64,000 bases of DNA from an uncultured Alphaproteobacteria bacterium (GCA_944391425.1 CALXTO010000005.1:293-64292); one strand, 5' to 3'. Positions 44,765-54,982 are shown, counted from the stretch's first letter. Numbers and translations are program-made. The notes: generated from the letters alone by a model not told the origin.

Positions 44765-47700
44765 ATGAGCAAAGATAATTTAACACATTCCGAGAAGTAC
44801 ATCAAAAAAACCAATCGCATTATTCTTGCGATTGGTATTACTTCTTTTTTAATATTTATTTTTGGTGTGATCCTTTTAATCAAAAGCAATCGCCCGGTTA
44901 GCGAATATGAAGAGCCGGTATTTACGGACAATGCGGACGTATTGAACATGGAGCCGTCCAATCCCCTAACGCAAAATATTGAATTTGCGCCGGTTGACGA
45001 AGAGATTCCCCTGACAACCACACCGGATCCCGTTCCGATGGGTGAAGTTGTCCTCGGAACCGAGGCTAAAAACGTTTTAACATTAGGAACAACCGGGCGG
45101 GCGGCGATTCGCATCGTTTCAGTTGAACTTGCGGAACCGCCGGCAGACGGATTTGTTTTCCAGAACGGCTGCGCCAATAAAACCCTCTCTGGGGAAGAAA
45201 CTTGTCATATAACAATGAGCTGGGCTCCCGTGGTTGCCGGTAATGTGCAGAATAATTTTATCATAACCTGGCATGAAGTAAATCTGGGACAGGAAAATGC
45301 CAAATCGTCAAAAGTTCCCGTAACCGGGAATGCCGTAACCAAAGAAGACTGCACAATTTGTGAAACGGTTCCCGTTGCGGGCGGTTCGCCGGCCGCAGCC
45401 GGACAGGCCGTACGGTACGCGATAGGTCCGGATGGTAAAGTCATCGGTATGATTGACGCCGACGGATATGTGCGGGATGCCGACGGCAATATCATCGGCC
45501 GCGTTAACGAAAATGGTCTGATTATGGATGACAGCGGCAATATTATCGGCGTTGCCGAAAACCGCCGTGCAGTTTATGACGAATTTGGAAACCTGATTGG
45601 ATATGTCAATCCGGATGGCACGGTCGTTGATAAAGACGGCAACGTTATCGGTCGTGTCTTGCCGGACGGTACGGTTGTTGACATGAACGGCAAGGTTATC
45701 GGTCGGGCCGTGGATACCGGCTTTGTATATGATGAAAACGGCAATATCATCGGCCGTGTCTTGCCGGACGGCACGGTTGTCGATATGGATGGCAATGTCA
45801 TCGGTCGTGTTAACGAGAACGGCGAAGTCGTTGACTTAAACGGCAACGTTATTGGGCGGGTGACCAAGCCAGGGCGCGTGGCCGTTGATGCTGACGGCAG
45901 CGTGTTAGGCGTTGTTATGCCGGATGGTTCCGTTGTTGATGCAGCCGGCAATGTTATCGGCCAAGTCGATGAAAATGGTAACGTCATCAAACAGGGAACA
46001 ATCGGTAAAGCCGGAAAACAAGTGCGACTGGCCTATGATAAAGACGGCAATATCATCGGTTATATTGACGAAGACGGCAATGTTCGTGATTTTAACGGCA
46101 ATATTATCGGCAAAATGCTGGAGGACGGCACGCTGGTAGATGCGGAAGGCAATGTCATCGGCCGGGCCGGAGAAACGGTAAATCTGGCTTTGGATGAAAA
46201 CGGCAATGTCATCGGTTATGTCAGCGCCGACGGTAAAGTTTACGATGCTCACGGCAACATTATCGGTTATGTAGATGCCAATGGCAATATTTTAAGTCCG
46301 GAAGGCAATGTTATCGGTTCTTTAGTCTCGGTCAACCTGTTACCGGTTACGCCTCAGGGAACTCTTCTGGGAACGGTGCAAAACGACGGTTCCATAGAAA
46401 ATGCTGCCGGACAGATTGTTGGGCGAGCTTTGCCGAACGGACTGGTCAGGGAAGCAAACGGGGCAAATATCATTGCCAAAATGGTTCGTGGCGGTTTTGC
46501 CGTTGGATTTGGCTGCAAACAGCTGGGCTATCTTGACAAAGACGGTAAAATTAAACAAGGAAATGAGGATACCAAGCTGAAAATTACGCCGGAGGGGGTC
46601 GTCTTGGATACGGAAGGCCGCTATGCCGGAGAAATCATACGCACCGGAAAAGTGTTTGACGACAAATGCCAGTATTTGGGGCAGGTTGACAATAGCGGCA
46701 TCGTAAAAGATTCTTCGGGACGATACATCGGCTGCGTCAATCCGGATGGCAGTGTTTTGGACGAAAAAGGAAACTTTATCGGAGCCGTCGGCCGCCGGGG
46801 AGCTGCGGTGGATTTTGACGGCAAATATCTGGGGCAGATTAATGACGACAATATTGTTGTCAATGACGCTAAACTCCCGGTCGGGTGTGTCGGGCTTTTG
46901 GGCGATGTTTACAACAATGACGGTGCTTACATCGGCCGGGCTGTCGGGCAATTGCAGGCTTTTGACTTTGACGGCGATTACCTCAATCAGGTGGACGATT
47001 CGGCCAAAGTTCGGATTTACGGTAAACCATCGGCATCGCTGACAGCCGGCAATTTGGTCGTTGATACCAATAATGCGATTATCGGCGCGGCTCTTGATGA
47101 AAAAACGGTTATTGTCGATGCTGCGGGAAAAACGGTCGGAAGCCTTTTCCCGGACGGAAACATATATAATTTCAAAGGCGTATCCCAAGGCAAAATCAAA
47201 AACGACGGAATGGGTTTTTACGGTAATATTGTCGGTAAAGCGGCGCCCCGGGGAGAGGTGTTGAATTTGAAGGGCGAAGTTGTCGGCGTTGCTTACTATA
47301 ACGGCAGGGTTCTCAGTCGTTACGGAGATAATTTGGGGCATGTGGATGCCAAAGGAAATTATTTTGACGGTAACGGAGAATATCAGGGGGCTGTCGTAAC
47401 CCGAGGGCCGGCCATCGGTTATGACGGCTCTTATCTGGGATACGCCGGTGCCGATTCGCGGGTGGTGGATACTTCCGGTCGCCTTGCCGGGCATTCAACC
47501 CATGACGGCAAAGTTGTTAACGGCGAAGGCACCATTGTCGGCGAGGTCATACCCGAGGGCGTTATGATCGACATTTGGGGAAATTACAAGGGACAGTTAA
47601 ATTCTTTGGGCGACATTCTGGATTTGAAAGGTGAGGCGATTACGGCGATTTTACCGGGCGGTTCGACGGATTCGAATATGACGCTGTTAAAGCGCGGTGC

Positions 47701-48181
47701 AGTTGGCGATTTCGGCGGCAACATCATCGGTGTCGTCATGCCGGACGGGGCTGTTGCCAATGCCTCAAACGTGGTTGTCGGCAGGGTTCTTTCAGACGGC
47801 AGCGTAATCAGCATTTCCGGAAAACTGATTGGTGAAGTGGTCGCCGGAGATATCGTTATCGGCAATAACGATAAAGTTGTGGGTTATGTAAATTTTGATG
47901 GCAAAATAACCGGCAAAGATGCTAGTATAACAGGCAGAGTTCTGTCAAGCGGGTTGGCTTTGGACGCCAATGGCGGCATTCTTGGCAAAATATACCAGGT
48001 CGGCGCGACGATTTTGGGGAATGACGGCCAATATAAGGGACGTCTGGCAGCCGATGGCTCAGTAACGGATTCCGCCGGAAAGAATATCGGCTATATCAAG
48101 AGTAACGGCTCGTTTGTGGATTTGGATAAAAAAGTTTCTGGCTATGTCCTTGAAGAAGTAGCCAAAAACCGGAGGAATTAA
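44765..48181 (+). CDS. 1138-aa membrane-anchored protein built from 17-residue DG-x-VVD-xx-GNVIG repeats
   Basis: N-terminal TM ILAIGITSFLIFIFGVILLI and an Ig-like module (GCANKTLSGEETCHITMSWAPVVAGNVQNNFIITW). About 900 aa of degenerate tandem repeats follow (e.g. VLPDGTVVDMDGNVIGR VNENGEVVDLNGNVIGR). Confidence 0.8.
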   Translation: MSKDNLTHSEKYIKKTNRIILAIGITSFLIFIFGVILLIKSNRPVSEYEEPVFTDNADVLNMEPSNPLTQNIEFAPVDEEIPLTTTPDPVPMGEVVLGTEAKNVLTLGTTGRAAIRIVSVELAEPPADGFVFQNGCANKTLSGEETCHITMSWAPVVAGNVQNNFIITWHEVNLGQENAKSSKVPVTGNAVTKEDCTICETVPVAGGSPAAAGQAVRYAIGPDGKVIGMIDADGYVRDADGNIIGRVNENGLIMDDSGNIIGVAENRRAVYDEFGNLIGYVNPDGTVVDKDGNVIGRVLPDGTVVDMNGKVIGRAVDTGFVYDENGNIIGRVLPDGTVVDMDGNVIGRVNENGEVVDLNGNVIGRVTKPGRVAVDADGSVLGVVMPDGSVVDAAGNVIGQVDENGNVIKQGTIGKAGKQVRLAYDKDGNIIGYIDEDGNVRDFNGNIIGKMLEDGTLVDAEGNVIGRAGETVNLALDENGNVIGYVSADGKVYDAHGNIIGYVDANGNILSPEGNVIGSLVSVNLLPVTPQGTLLGTVQNDGSIENAAGQIVGRALPNGLVREANGANIIAKMVRGGFAVGFGCKQLGYLDKDGKIKQGNEDTKLKITPEGVVLDTEGRYAGEIIRTGKVFDDKCQYLGQVDNSGIVKDSSGRYIGCVNPDGSVLDEKGNFIGAVGRRGAAVDFDGKYLGQINDDNIVVNDAKLPVGCVGLLGDVYNNDGAYIGRAVGQLQAFDFDGDYLNQVDDSAKVRIYGKPSASLTAGNLVVDTNNAIIGAALDEKTVIVDAAGKTVGSLFPDGNIYNFKGVSQGKIKNDGMGFYGNIVGKAAPRGEVLNLKGEVVGVAYYNGRVLSRYGDNLGHVDAKGNYFDGNGEYQGAVVTRGPAIGYDGSYLGYAGADSRVVDTSGRLAGHSTHDGKVVNGEGTIVGEVIPEGVMIDIWGNYKGQLNSLGDILDLKGEAITAILPGGSTDSNMTLLKRGAVGDFGGNIIGVVMPDGAVANASNVVVGRVLSDGSVISISGKLIGEVVAGDIVIGNNDKVVGYVNFDGKITGKDASITGRVLSSGLALDANGGILGKIYQVGATILGNDGQYKGRLAADGSVTDSAGKNIGYIKSNGSFVDLDKKVSGYVLEEVAKNRRN
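45420..48150 (+). repeat. coding tandem-repeat array (period ~51 nt / 17 aa), approximate bounds
   Basis: The motifs GACGGCAAT(A/G)T(C/T)ATCGG and GxVxDxxGxxIG recur throughout. The unit count was not determined; it is roughly 50 from length divided by period. Confidence 0.75.
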
Positions 48182-48182
48182 A

Positions 48183-51100
48183 ATGCGGCTAACGGCATTT
48201 TTCAAAACAGCGGCAAAGTCGGCGCGTAATTTCGTCCCGGCGATGCTTCTGTGCATGCTGTTAGGTGTTTCCGGAGCCCGGGCTCAAGAAATTACCGCGA
48301 TTGATTTCAACGGGGATTTGCTGGGAAAAGTTATCCCCGACGGCAAAGTGGTCGGTTTTAACAATCAGCTGATCGGTAATGTTACCGCCGACAGTCTGAT
48401 CGTTGACTTTGACGGTAAATTAATTGGCGGCGTCATTCCTCAGGGTATTGCTGTCGGCAATGACTTACGCCCGTTGGGAAAAGTGAGCAATGACGGTTCC
48501 GTACGCCTGGCTTCCGGACAGATCATCGGAAAAGTGCTTCCCAGTGGTTTGGTCGTAAACGATTACTTTGATATTATCGGTGCGGTGGTGTTTCCGGGAT
48601 TGGTCTATTCCGATGACGGAAAAACGGTCGGCCGCGTTACCGGCGACGGGTTATACGCCAGCCTTCAAGGGCAGCAAATAGGTCTGATTACGCCGGACGG
48701 CTATGCTTACCGTCGTGTCGGGAACGACTATGTTTTGGACGGCCGCCTGATCTCTTCCAAAATGGTCGTATCTCTTACCGGTGATTTTATGGGCAGTGTT
48801 GTCCCGGGCGGCAGCGTTTCTGACTTCAATTCCGAAACGATAGGATATATTCATGCCAACGGCTATGCTTATGATGAACAAAACGAAATTATCGGGCGGA
48901 TTGTCAAAACCGGCTATGCTTTTGACAACAACGGCTATTATCTTGGTTTTGTTACTTATAACGGCGAAGTCGTCAACGGTGAAAATCTGGTCGGGCGTTT
49001 GAGAGCGGACGGGCTGATAGCCGATCAGGAAAATAAAATTATCGGATATCCGGTCGATATCGGCGCCACCGCAACGGATTTTTCCGGGCGTTATTTGGGG
49101 CGGGTCATGCCGGAAGGAAACTTGGCCCGGGCCAAAACCGTAAATTCTCTGCTTGGAGCCCGCGGCGTGATAATTGGTTCGGATGGCGTGCCTGTCGGTC
49201 AGATCAGCGGCACCGGGCCGGTTTTTGACTACAAAGGAACGCTCCGCGGCCATGCAATGCCCGGAGGTTCTGTTGTTTCTTTAAATGGAACGGCAATCGG
49301 CTACATGAGCAACGGCGATGCTTATGATTTGTCTGGACGGCTGATCGGAAGCATTTTGAAAAAAAGTTTGGTCTTTTCAGATAATAACGTTTTTGGCGGC
49401 ATCACCGGAATTAACGGCGCCCTTGAACTTGAGGGAGGCAAAGCTTCCGTTTCGCCTTATGGCTATGTCTTTGACCAAAACGGAGAGGTGATCGGCTCTG
49501 CATTGCCTGTTTCTCCCTTATACAGTCCGAACGGGTTGGTCGTTTCTTACGCCGGGTTAGACGGCACGGCTGTTTCCGAAACCGGTGCTCCGGCAGGAAG
49601 GCTGACTTCCGGAGGTTGGGTTTTGGATGAGCAAAACCGGCTGGCGGCCAAAAACATCAGCGCTTTTTATACGGCCGGAAGAAGCGGCAAATATCTCGGT
49701 TCATTGACACAGGATAACCTGCTGATGGACAGCGGTTTGAATATTATCGGAAAAATTTTGCCGGACGGTACGCTGGTTGAAACATCCCGCGCCGGCACGG
49801 TAAATTATATGCCGGTAATCGGAACGGCTTACGCGCAAAAGCTCGTTTTGGATTTCGGCGGACATTTGCTTGGCTATGCCGGAATTTTGGGCGAATTTTC
49901 CGATTTGAACGGCGCCAAAACAGGGCGCATTGCCGAACGCGGGTTTGCTGTGGACAATAACGGTCTTGTGATTGGAAGTGTTCAGGGATATCAGAATGTC
50001 GTTAATGAAAACTGCGAAACTTCCGGTGTTGTTACCCCGCGGGGAGATGTTCAGAATTTCCGGGGCGTCTATTTGGGCAGAATCTTATCAAACGGACAAG
50101 CCGTCGGCGACAGCGGCAACATGGTCGGGTTTGCCGTTCGCCGGGCACCAGTTATTGATTACAGCGGAAAGATCATGGGCTTTGTCGGCTCATCGGGAAA
50201 GGTTTTGGATTTTGCGGGCAAAGCGTTGGGATGCATTGACAGTCACGGTCGTTTGTCCAATGCCGACAAAGTTTTAATCGGCAAAAGCGCGGAATATGAA
50301 CCTGTAATTGATTTTAACGGAAAAATTGCAGGGCGCGCCGTTTTGGACGGCAGTATTATTGATGAAAACGGGCGTGTCATCGGTTATCAGCAGCCGGATG
50401 GCAACGTGAATTCCGTTGAAGGTCTGCCGTTGGGAACGTTATTTAAATATAAAGTAGCCTTTAATTTGGATAACAAATTTATCGGCCGGGTTTTGGAAGA
50501 TGGCACCGTTGTTGATGCAAAAGGCAATACGGCCGGGAAAGTCAGTTTTGACGGTTATGTCGAAGCAGATAATCAAAAAATAGGTTATGCCTTATATGAT
50601 TTTTATGTCTATGACGCTGCCGGTAAAGTGCTTGGCTATATCGGGCGCAACGGCGATGTCGTTGATTTCAGAAACCAAAGCCTTGGGCGGATAGAAAGAG
50701 GATTCCTGCTGGATGCGGCTCAAAACGTTATCGGACGCGGCAGCCGTGATTACAATATCCGGGATGAATCCGGTTTGGTTCTGGGTGAGCTTGGTTTGAA
50801 TGGCGATGTTGTCAACAATTTGCAGCTGGTTGTCGGAAAATTGGCTTCGGCAGGAGAAATTGTCAACCAGAATCAGGAAAAAATAGCTCAGGCGTATCCT
50901 TTGCAGTATTACAGCAAAGTTGCGGCATCCGAGCAGCGGAAAATGGTTTTTGACAAAGACGGCAATCTGGTCGGTTATTTGGATGAAAACGGCAATGTCC
51001 GGGATAAAGGAGGCAATATTATCGCAACGGCGGATTCTGCCGGTAATGCCGTAGATAAAGACGGCAATGTCATCGGTGCCAAATTGCAAAATCGTCCGGT

Positions 51101-52742
51101 TTTTGATAAAGACGGAAACATTATCGGACATGCGGATGAAAACGGCAATGTGCTTGATGCCAACGGTAAAGTTATTGGCAAGATTACAGAAAACGGTGAG
51201 GCAGAGGATGCCAGCGGCAACATTATCGGCGGTATCAATTCCGATTGGTATGAGCGTGCGCCGCGGCCGGTGCCGGTTGACCGGGAAGATGATGTCAGTC
51301 CAGCCCTGAAACTTTTGGAAAGCGCTCAGCATCGTAAATCGTTGGGAATTGCTCTGACCCCGGACGGTGAATATTTGGGAGAAATTTTAGAAGACGGCTC
51401 GGTAGTAAACAAACAGGGAAAGGTTCTCGGACGCAGAATGCCGGACGGGTTGGTGATAGACGATGACGGAACGCTTATCGGCGTTGAAGAAACCAAACGT
51501 CCTGAAACGGAAGGCAGCGGGATTTTCGTTCCGCCGGGCACGTTCGGCCAAGGCGGCGCTTATGGCACAGGAGAGGGATCTCCCGGCAATCTCGGTCCCG
51601 GAGGCGGCTATGGTCCCGGCGAACGTTATGATCCGATTCGCCAGGCGGCGTTGAATGCGGCAATGGCTGAACGCCGCAAAAACATTTCCGTCGGAAAAAT
51701 CAGCAGCGGCATCCGCAAAGAAGCTTTTGACGGAATGCAGAAAGATTGGTCTGAACAGGGAATTGCCAAAATCATTTCCTCCTGGCGTGTTGATTTGAGC
51801 GAAATGATTTTTGCCGACAAACCGATTCCGGCAGTTATTTCTCGTGCGATTGATAGTAATAACCCCGCGCCGATTACGGCTTTTGTAGAAAGAAACGTTT
51901 ATGCCGAAGAGGGACGCAATGTTATTATTCCCGCCGGCAGCCGTTTGGTCGGCAGCCTCGGCAGCGTAACGGCGACAACGGAAGCAACGTCGGAGTCTGC
52001 GCGTGTCCAGATTTCCTGGGAACGTTTAATTCGCCCGGACGGTTCGTTGTTTGTTTTCCAGGGATTAACGGCCGATGCCCAGGGGCGTGGCGGCGCATTA
52101 GGCTATGTTGACCAGCAATTGTTTAAAAAATATACTCTTCCGGTCATGACAACCAGCTTGACCAGCGCAACCTCCTACTTTATGGCGCCTAAAGACGAAA
52201 GCAGCGGCGATAACGAAACGCCGCGCCAACAGGCAGCCAATGATGCCCGGCAAAACTTCTTAAACGAAATGAATCAGGTCTTTGATGAAATCCTGGCCGA
52301 TAAGTCGAATATCCGCCCGATGACATATATTCCCGCCGGTACCAGAATCATCGTATTCCCCAATGCCGATTTGTGGCTGAGGACAATTGAGCGCGATCAG
52401 GATTCTTCAACTCTGCTTGAGAAACCGACAATCTTTATTGACGACGGCGAAGCCATTGCCAGAAGAGATGCCCATCTGCGGGAAAATACCCAGAAGGTTG
52501 TTTCGGATTCTTCCACCGGCGGAGATGTCGTCTATGACCCGGCCGTAGGCGATGTCGAGAGTGCCAACACGCCTCCTCCCCTGGTTTCTTCTAAAAACAA
52601 CAAACGTAACACCAGCCGTAATCCCGCCGGAATGACTTTGGCTCCGCCTCCGCCGCCGAGCTCATCCGGAAGCGGTACGGTTCAAAATACGACGTCCGGC
52701 AGTGAAAATTCTGCCAATAGCGGTGTTCCGGCCTTGTTCTGA
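48183..52742 (+). CDS. virB10: VirB10 homologue with ~1050-aa N-terminal repeat expansion
   Basis: C-terminal TrbI/VirB10 domain: AVISRAIDSNNPAPITAFVERNVYAEEGRNVIIPAGSRLVGSL...ISWERLIRPDGSLFVFQGLTADAQGRGGALGYVDQQ. It is preceded by a Gly/Pro-rich linker and the same repeat as 44765..48181. SD GGAGGA. Confidence 0.88.
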   Translation: MRLTAFFKTAAKSARNFVPAMLLCMLLGVSGARAQEITAIDFNGDLLGKVIPDGKVVGFNNQLIGNVTADSLIVDFDGKLIGGVIPQGIAVGNDLRPLGKVSNDGSVRLASGQIIGKVLPSGLVVNDYFDIIGAVVFPGLVYSDDGKTVGRVTGDGLYASLQGQQIGLITPDGYAYRRVGNDYVLDGRLISSKMVVSLTGDFMGSVVPGGSVSDFNSETIGYIHANGYAYDEQNEIIGRIVKTGYAFDNNGYYLGFVTYNGEVVNGENLVGRLRADGLIADQENKIIGYPVDIGATATDFSGRYLGRVMPEGNLARAKTVNSLLGARGVIIGSDGVPVGQISGTGPVFDYKGTLRGHAMPGGSVVSLNGTAIGYMSNGDAYDLSGRLIGSILKKSLVFSDNNVFGGITGINGALELEGGKASVSPYGYVFDQNGEVIGSALPVSPLYSPNGLVVSYAGLDGTAVSETGAPAGRLTSGGWVLDEQNRLAAKNISAFYTAGRSGKYLGSLTQDNLLMDSGLNIIGKILPDGTLVETSRAGTVNYMPVIGTAYAQKLVLDFGGHLLGYAGILGEFSDLNGAKTGRIAERGFAVDNNGLVIGSVQGYQNVVNENCETSGVVTPRGDVQNFRGVYLGRILSNGQAVGDSGNMVGFAVRRAPVIDYSGKIMGFVGSSGKVLDFAGKALGCIDSHGRLSNADKVLIGKSAEYEPVIDFNGKIAGRAVLDGSIIDENGRVIGYQQPDGNVNSVEGLPLGTLFKYKVAFNLDNKFIGRVLEDGTVVDAKGNTAGKVSFDGYVEADNQKIGYALYDFYVYDAAGKVLGYIGRNGDVVDFRNQSLGRIERGFLLDAAQNVIGRGSRDYNIRDESGLVLGELGLNGDVVNNLQLVVGKLASAGEIVNQNQEKIAQAYPLQYYSKVAASEQRKMVFDKDGNLVGYLDENGNVRDKGGNIIATADSAGNAVDKDGNVIGAKLQNRPVFDKDGNIIGHADENGNVLDANGKVIGKITENGEAEDASGNIIGGINSDWYERAPRPVPVDREDDVSPALKLLESAQHRKSLGIALTPDGEYLGEILEDGSVVNKQGKVLGRRMPDGLVIDDDGTLIGVEETKRPETEGSGIFVPPGTFGQGGAYGTGEGSPGNLGPGGGYGPGERYDPIRQAALNAAMAERRKNISVGKISSGIRKEAFDGMQKDWSEQGIAKIISSWRVDLSEMIFADKPIPAVISRAIDSNNPAPITAFVERNVYAEEGRNVIIPAGSRLVGSLGSVTATTEATSESARVQISWERLIRPDGSLFVFQGLTADAQGRGGALGYVDQQLFKKYTLPVMTTSLTSATSYFMAPKDESSGDNETPRQQAANDARQNFLNEMNQVFDEILADKSNIRPMTYIPAGTRIIVFPNADLWLRTIERDQDSSTLLEKPTIFIDDGEAIARRDAHLRENTQKVVSDSSTGGDVVYDPAVGDVESANTPPPLVSSKNNKRNTSRNPAGMTLAPPPPPSSSGSGTVQNTTSGSENSANSGVPALF
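48291..51490 (+). repeat. coding tandem-repeat array in virB10 (same family as 45420..48150), approximate bounds
   Basis: Examples: VIPDGKVVGFNNQLIGN, VTADSLIVDFDGKLIGG ... VFDKDGNIIGHADENGNVLDANGKVIGKITENGEAEDASGNIIGG. Confidence 0.75.
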
Positions 52743-52754
52743 CAGGAGTAAGAA

Positions 52755-53723
52755 ATGAGTTTTACGGTTTTGGAATCAATATTGCGCCCTTTATCCTACT
52801 GGTATAATCAGGATAATATCGAGGAGGTTGCCATCAACCGTTCCGGACAGGTTTGGCTGCGTCTTCGCGGCAAAAGAGCCTATCCGTGGGTAATGTATAA
52901 GGATGAAAAACTCAGCAAGCAGTATCTGACGGATTTGCTTTATATTATTGCCAATACTTATGAATTACCGTTTGATCCTATTCAGGGTAACCCGGTTGTA
53001 TATGCGACCATTCCCGGGGAACACCGTTTTTCGGCAATTTGCGGCCGAAACGTCATGTATGATAACGACGATCTTACTGGCGGCATTGCGTTGACAATCC
53101 GCGTTCATGCCGATGACGTTGCGTTTGGATTGGGAGATTATGGACTGACTCAGGGCAGCGGTTTGCACAAAATCAATCCGCTTAAGGATATAAAAGAGCC
53201 TGAAGATCCATACGAACGCCTGCTTTTGAGTATCAAGCGCGGCGACCATATTTTGGTTTCCGGAGCGACTTCAACCGGTAAAACGACGTTCTTAAACAAC
53301 CTGCTGAAAATTCTGGACATCAACAAACGTATCTTAACCATAGAAGATACCCGCGAATTGATTGTTCCGCATCCTAACCGGGTTCATATTGTCCTTTCGC
53401 GTACCGAACAGACCAACGCTCTGACTTATGCCAAAGTTATTGACCTTGTTGTCCGTTTTACGCCGGATGCCATCATCGGCGGCGAAATTTCAACCGGAAA
53501 TGCCGGCGCAATCTGGGAACTGATGGGATCCGGGCATGACAACTGTCTGGCCACGATCCATGCCGAAAGCTCCGAAGCGGCATACCAGGCATTTACGGAC
53601 CGTATTTTGCATACTTACCCGACCATTGACCGTAAAAAAACAATTGAAGAGATGCGCCAGAAACTGCGCGTGGTTCAAATTAACCGCGATGGCAACCTCC
53701 GTGCCGTTACGGAAGTCACTTAG
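52755..53723 (+). CDS. virB11: VirB11 T4SS ATPase
   Basis: Walker A VSGATSTGKTTFLN, ILTIEDTREL, IIGGEIS and His box LATIHAES. 322 aa. Confidence 0.9.
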   Translation: MSFTVLESILRPLSYWYNQDNIEEVAINRSGQVWLRLRGKRAYPWVMYKDEKLSKQYLTDLLYIIANTYELPFDPIQGNPVVYATIPGEHRFSAICGRNVMYDNDDLTGGIALTIRVHADDVAFGLGDYGLTQGSGLHKINPLKDIKEPEDPYERLLLSIKRGDHILVSGATSTGKTTFLNNLLKILDINKRILTIEDTRELIVPHPNRVHIVLSRTEQTNALTYAKVIDLVVRFTPDAIIGGEISTGNAGAIWELMGSGHDNCLATIHAESSEAAYQAFTDRILHTYPTIDRKKTIEEMRQKLRVVQINRDGNLRAVTEVT

Positions 53724-54021
53724 CCGGCGGTATTTTTTCCTGCATGGTCGTATCCAGCTTGTTGTAGATGTTAAGCAAGTTGAGATAATTGATAAATGAG
53801 AAACGCTGATCGCTGTTTTCCATCATTTTCAGGTGCAACAGTCCGATGCCCAACTTGTCGGCAGCTTCCTGAATATCATAACCGCGCCTTTCTCTTTCTA
53901 AAGAGAGTTCTTGTCCCAAAAAATTATAGACAATATCTGTAAACAGGCGCGGATTTTCTTTATAGGCTAATAAAATATTGCAAAACCGAGGATTGTTCAG
54001 TTCCGCAGAATAGTCAACCAT
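53716..54021 (-). CDS. small protein with XRE-like helix-turn-helix
   Basis: LSLERERRGYDIQEAADKLGIGLLHLKMMEN fits the HTH_3 pattern. SD GGGAGA. It is convergent with virB11 and overlaps it by 8 nt. Confidence 0.4.
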   Translation of the reverse strand: MVDYSAELNNPRFCNILLAYKENPRLFTDIVYNFLGQELSLERERRGYDIQEAADKLGIGLLHLKMMENSDQRFSFINYLNLLNIYNKLDTTMQEKIPPAK

Positions 54022-54190
54022 TCTTTTTCTCCCGGTTACAAACTTTCAGCCTCGGCAAATAGGCAAAAACAAAAGCCGAACTTGAAACATTTTTCAAAAA
54101 AAATTCTCAAAGTGGCAAAATACTACAACAGTTAAAGATAGAATGCAACCAAAAATTTGTTTGATTTGAAAAATGCACTCAATACATTGC

Positions 54191-54955
54191 CTATAGTGGC
54201 GGAATATTCAACTGAACAATATTGCCCGGACGAATTTTTGTATTTGAATAGCGCATATTTCCCGTTTCAATGACAAAACGCTGTCTTCCGGTCAACTGCG
54301 AAGCCAAATCATAAAAATCTCTGGCGTTGAGTTCCTGCCGCTGCGGATTCATGATATACAGGACGCAGCCCTGGGTTCTTTCCGCCACGCCGCATCTGGC
54401 ACGGCCCCGGGGAACCTCGGGATTAACGACAACGCCCTGCAGGCCGTTGCGAACAACCTTTTCATCTGTAAAGAAAAGCATTCCCGTGACAATCCCCACA
54501 AAAAATAACACCGCGCCTAAAAGGATTAAAACTTTTTTTGTCAAATACGGCGGCAGCTTGGAAACCTCAAAAGCAGACGGAGCTTCCTGTTCAAAATCTT
54601 CTTCGTTAAGAAACTGCGGATTAGCATTGCCCTGAAAATTTTCAGGCAGGTTTGCCGTTGCCGGAAGGTTATCTTCATCCAGATAGGCGTCCAGGTCAAA
54701 AGCATCAGACACGCCGGAAGTTTCCGGTGTCGACGCAGGTTGTTGCGGCGTATCCTGACGGAAAGGATTGTTTGCTGGCATTGTCTGAGGGCTGGCAGCC
54801 GGAGGGCTGGCAGCCGGACTTTCCTGCCTTGGTGCTGCGTCAGGAACAGATGACTGCGGAATTTGAGGCATCATCCGGTTAATCGGACGTTTAACCTTTT
54901 TTAACTGCGGTCGCTGAACTTGCGGCTGGTTTCCCGGATTAAAGATGTTATCCAT
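54191..54955 (-). CDS. bitopic protein: Pro/Gln-rich N-terminus, one TM, small C-terminal domain
   Basis: SD AAGGAGGA. TM VLILLGAVLFFVGIVTGMLFF. A ~90-aa C-terminal domain ends RYSNTKIRPGNIVQLNIPPL. It could be a GspC/PilP-like partner of the adjacent secretin-like protein (inference). Confidence 0.5.
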   Translation of the reverse strand: MDNIFNPGNQPQVQRPQLKKVKRPINRMMPQIPQSSVPDAAPRQESPAASPPAASPQTMPANNPFRQDTPQQPASTPETSGVSDAFDLDAYLDEDNLPATANLPENFQGNANPQFLNEEDFEQEAPSAFEVSKLPPYLTKKVLILLGAVLFFVGIVTGMLFFTDEKVVRNGLQGVVVNPEVPRGRARCGVAERTQGCVLYIMNPQRQELNARDFYDLASQLTGRQRFVIETGNMRYSNTKIRPGNIVQLNIPPL

Positions 54956-54982
54956 AACGAGATATCCTCCTTTAGCGAACGC

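Noticed and set aside
46340..47494. Long antisense ORFs inside the repeat genes: 384 aa at 46340..47494, 246 aa at 50592..51332, 200 aa at 48651..49253 and 138 aa at 45574..45990.
   Set aside because: They lie entirely inside, and antisense to, ORFs with recognisable domains and operon logic. The periodic GAC-GGC-AAT-style codon pattern simply depletes stop codons on the opposite strand. The translations are odd low-complexity strings with no start signals.
45420..51490. Possibility that the periodic DNA repeats are a CRISPR array or a non-coding satellite.
   Set aside because: The period is ~51 nt and the repeats are degenerate at the DNA level. The frame is open for >1000 codons, and the repeat is conserved at the amino-acid level. 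There is no repeat-spacer structure anywhere in the window.
52755..54190. Search for virD4 or a coupling protein and a relaxase after virB11.
   Set aside because: Nothing with a Walker A or TraG/VirD4-like pattern follows virB11. Only a 101-aa convergent HTH ORF and a non-coding spacer are present.
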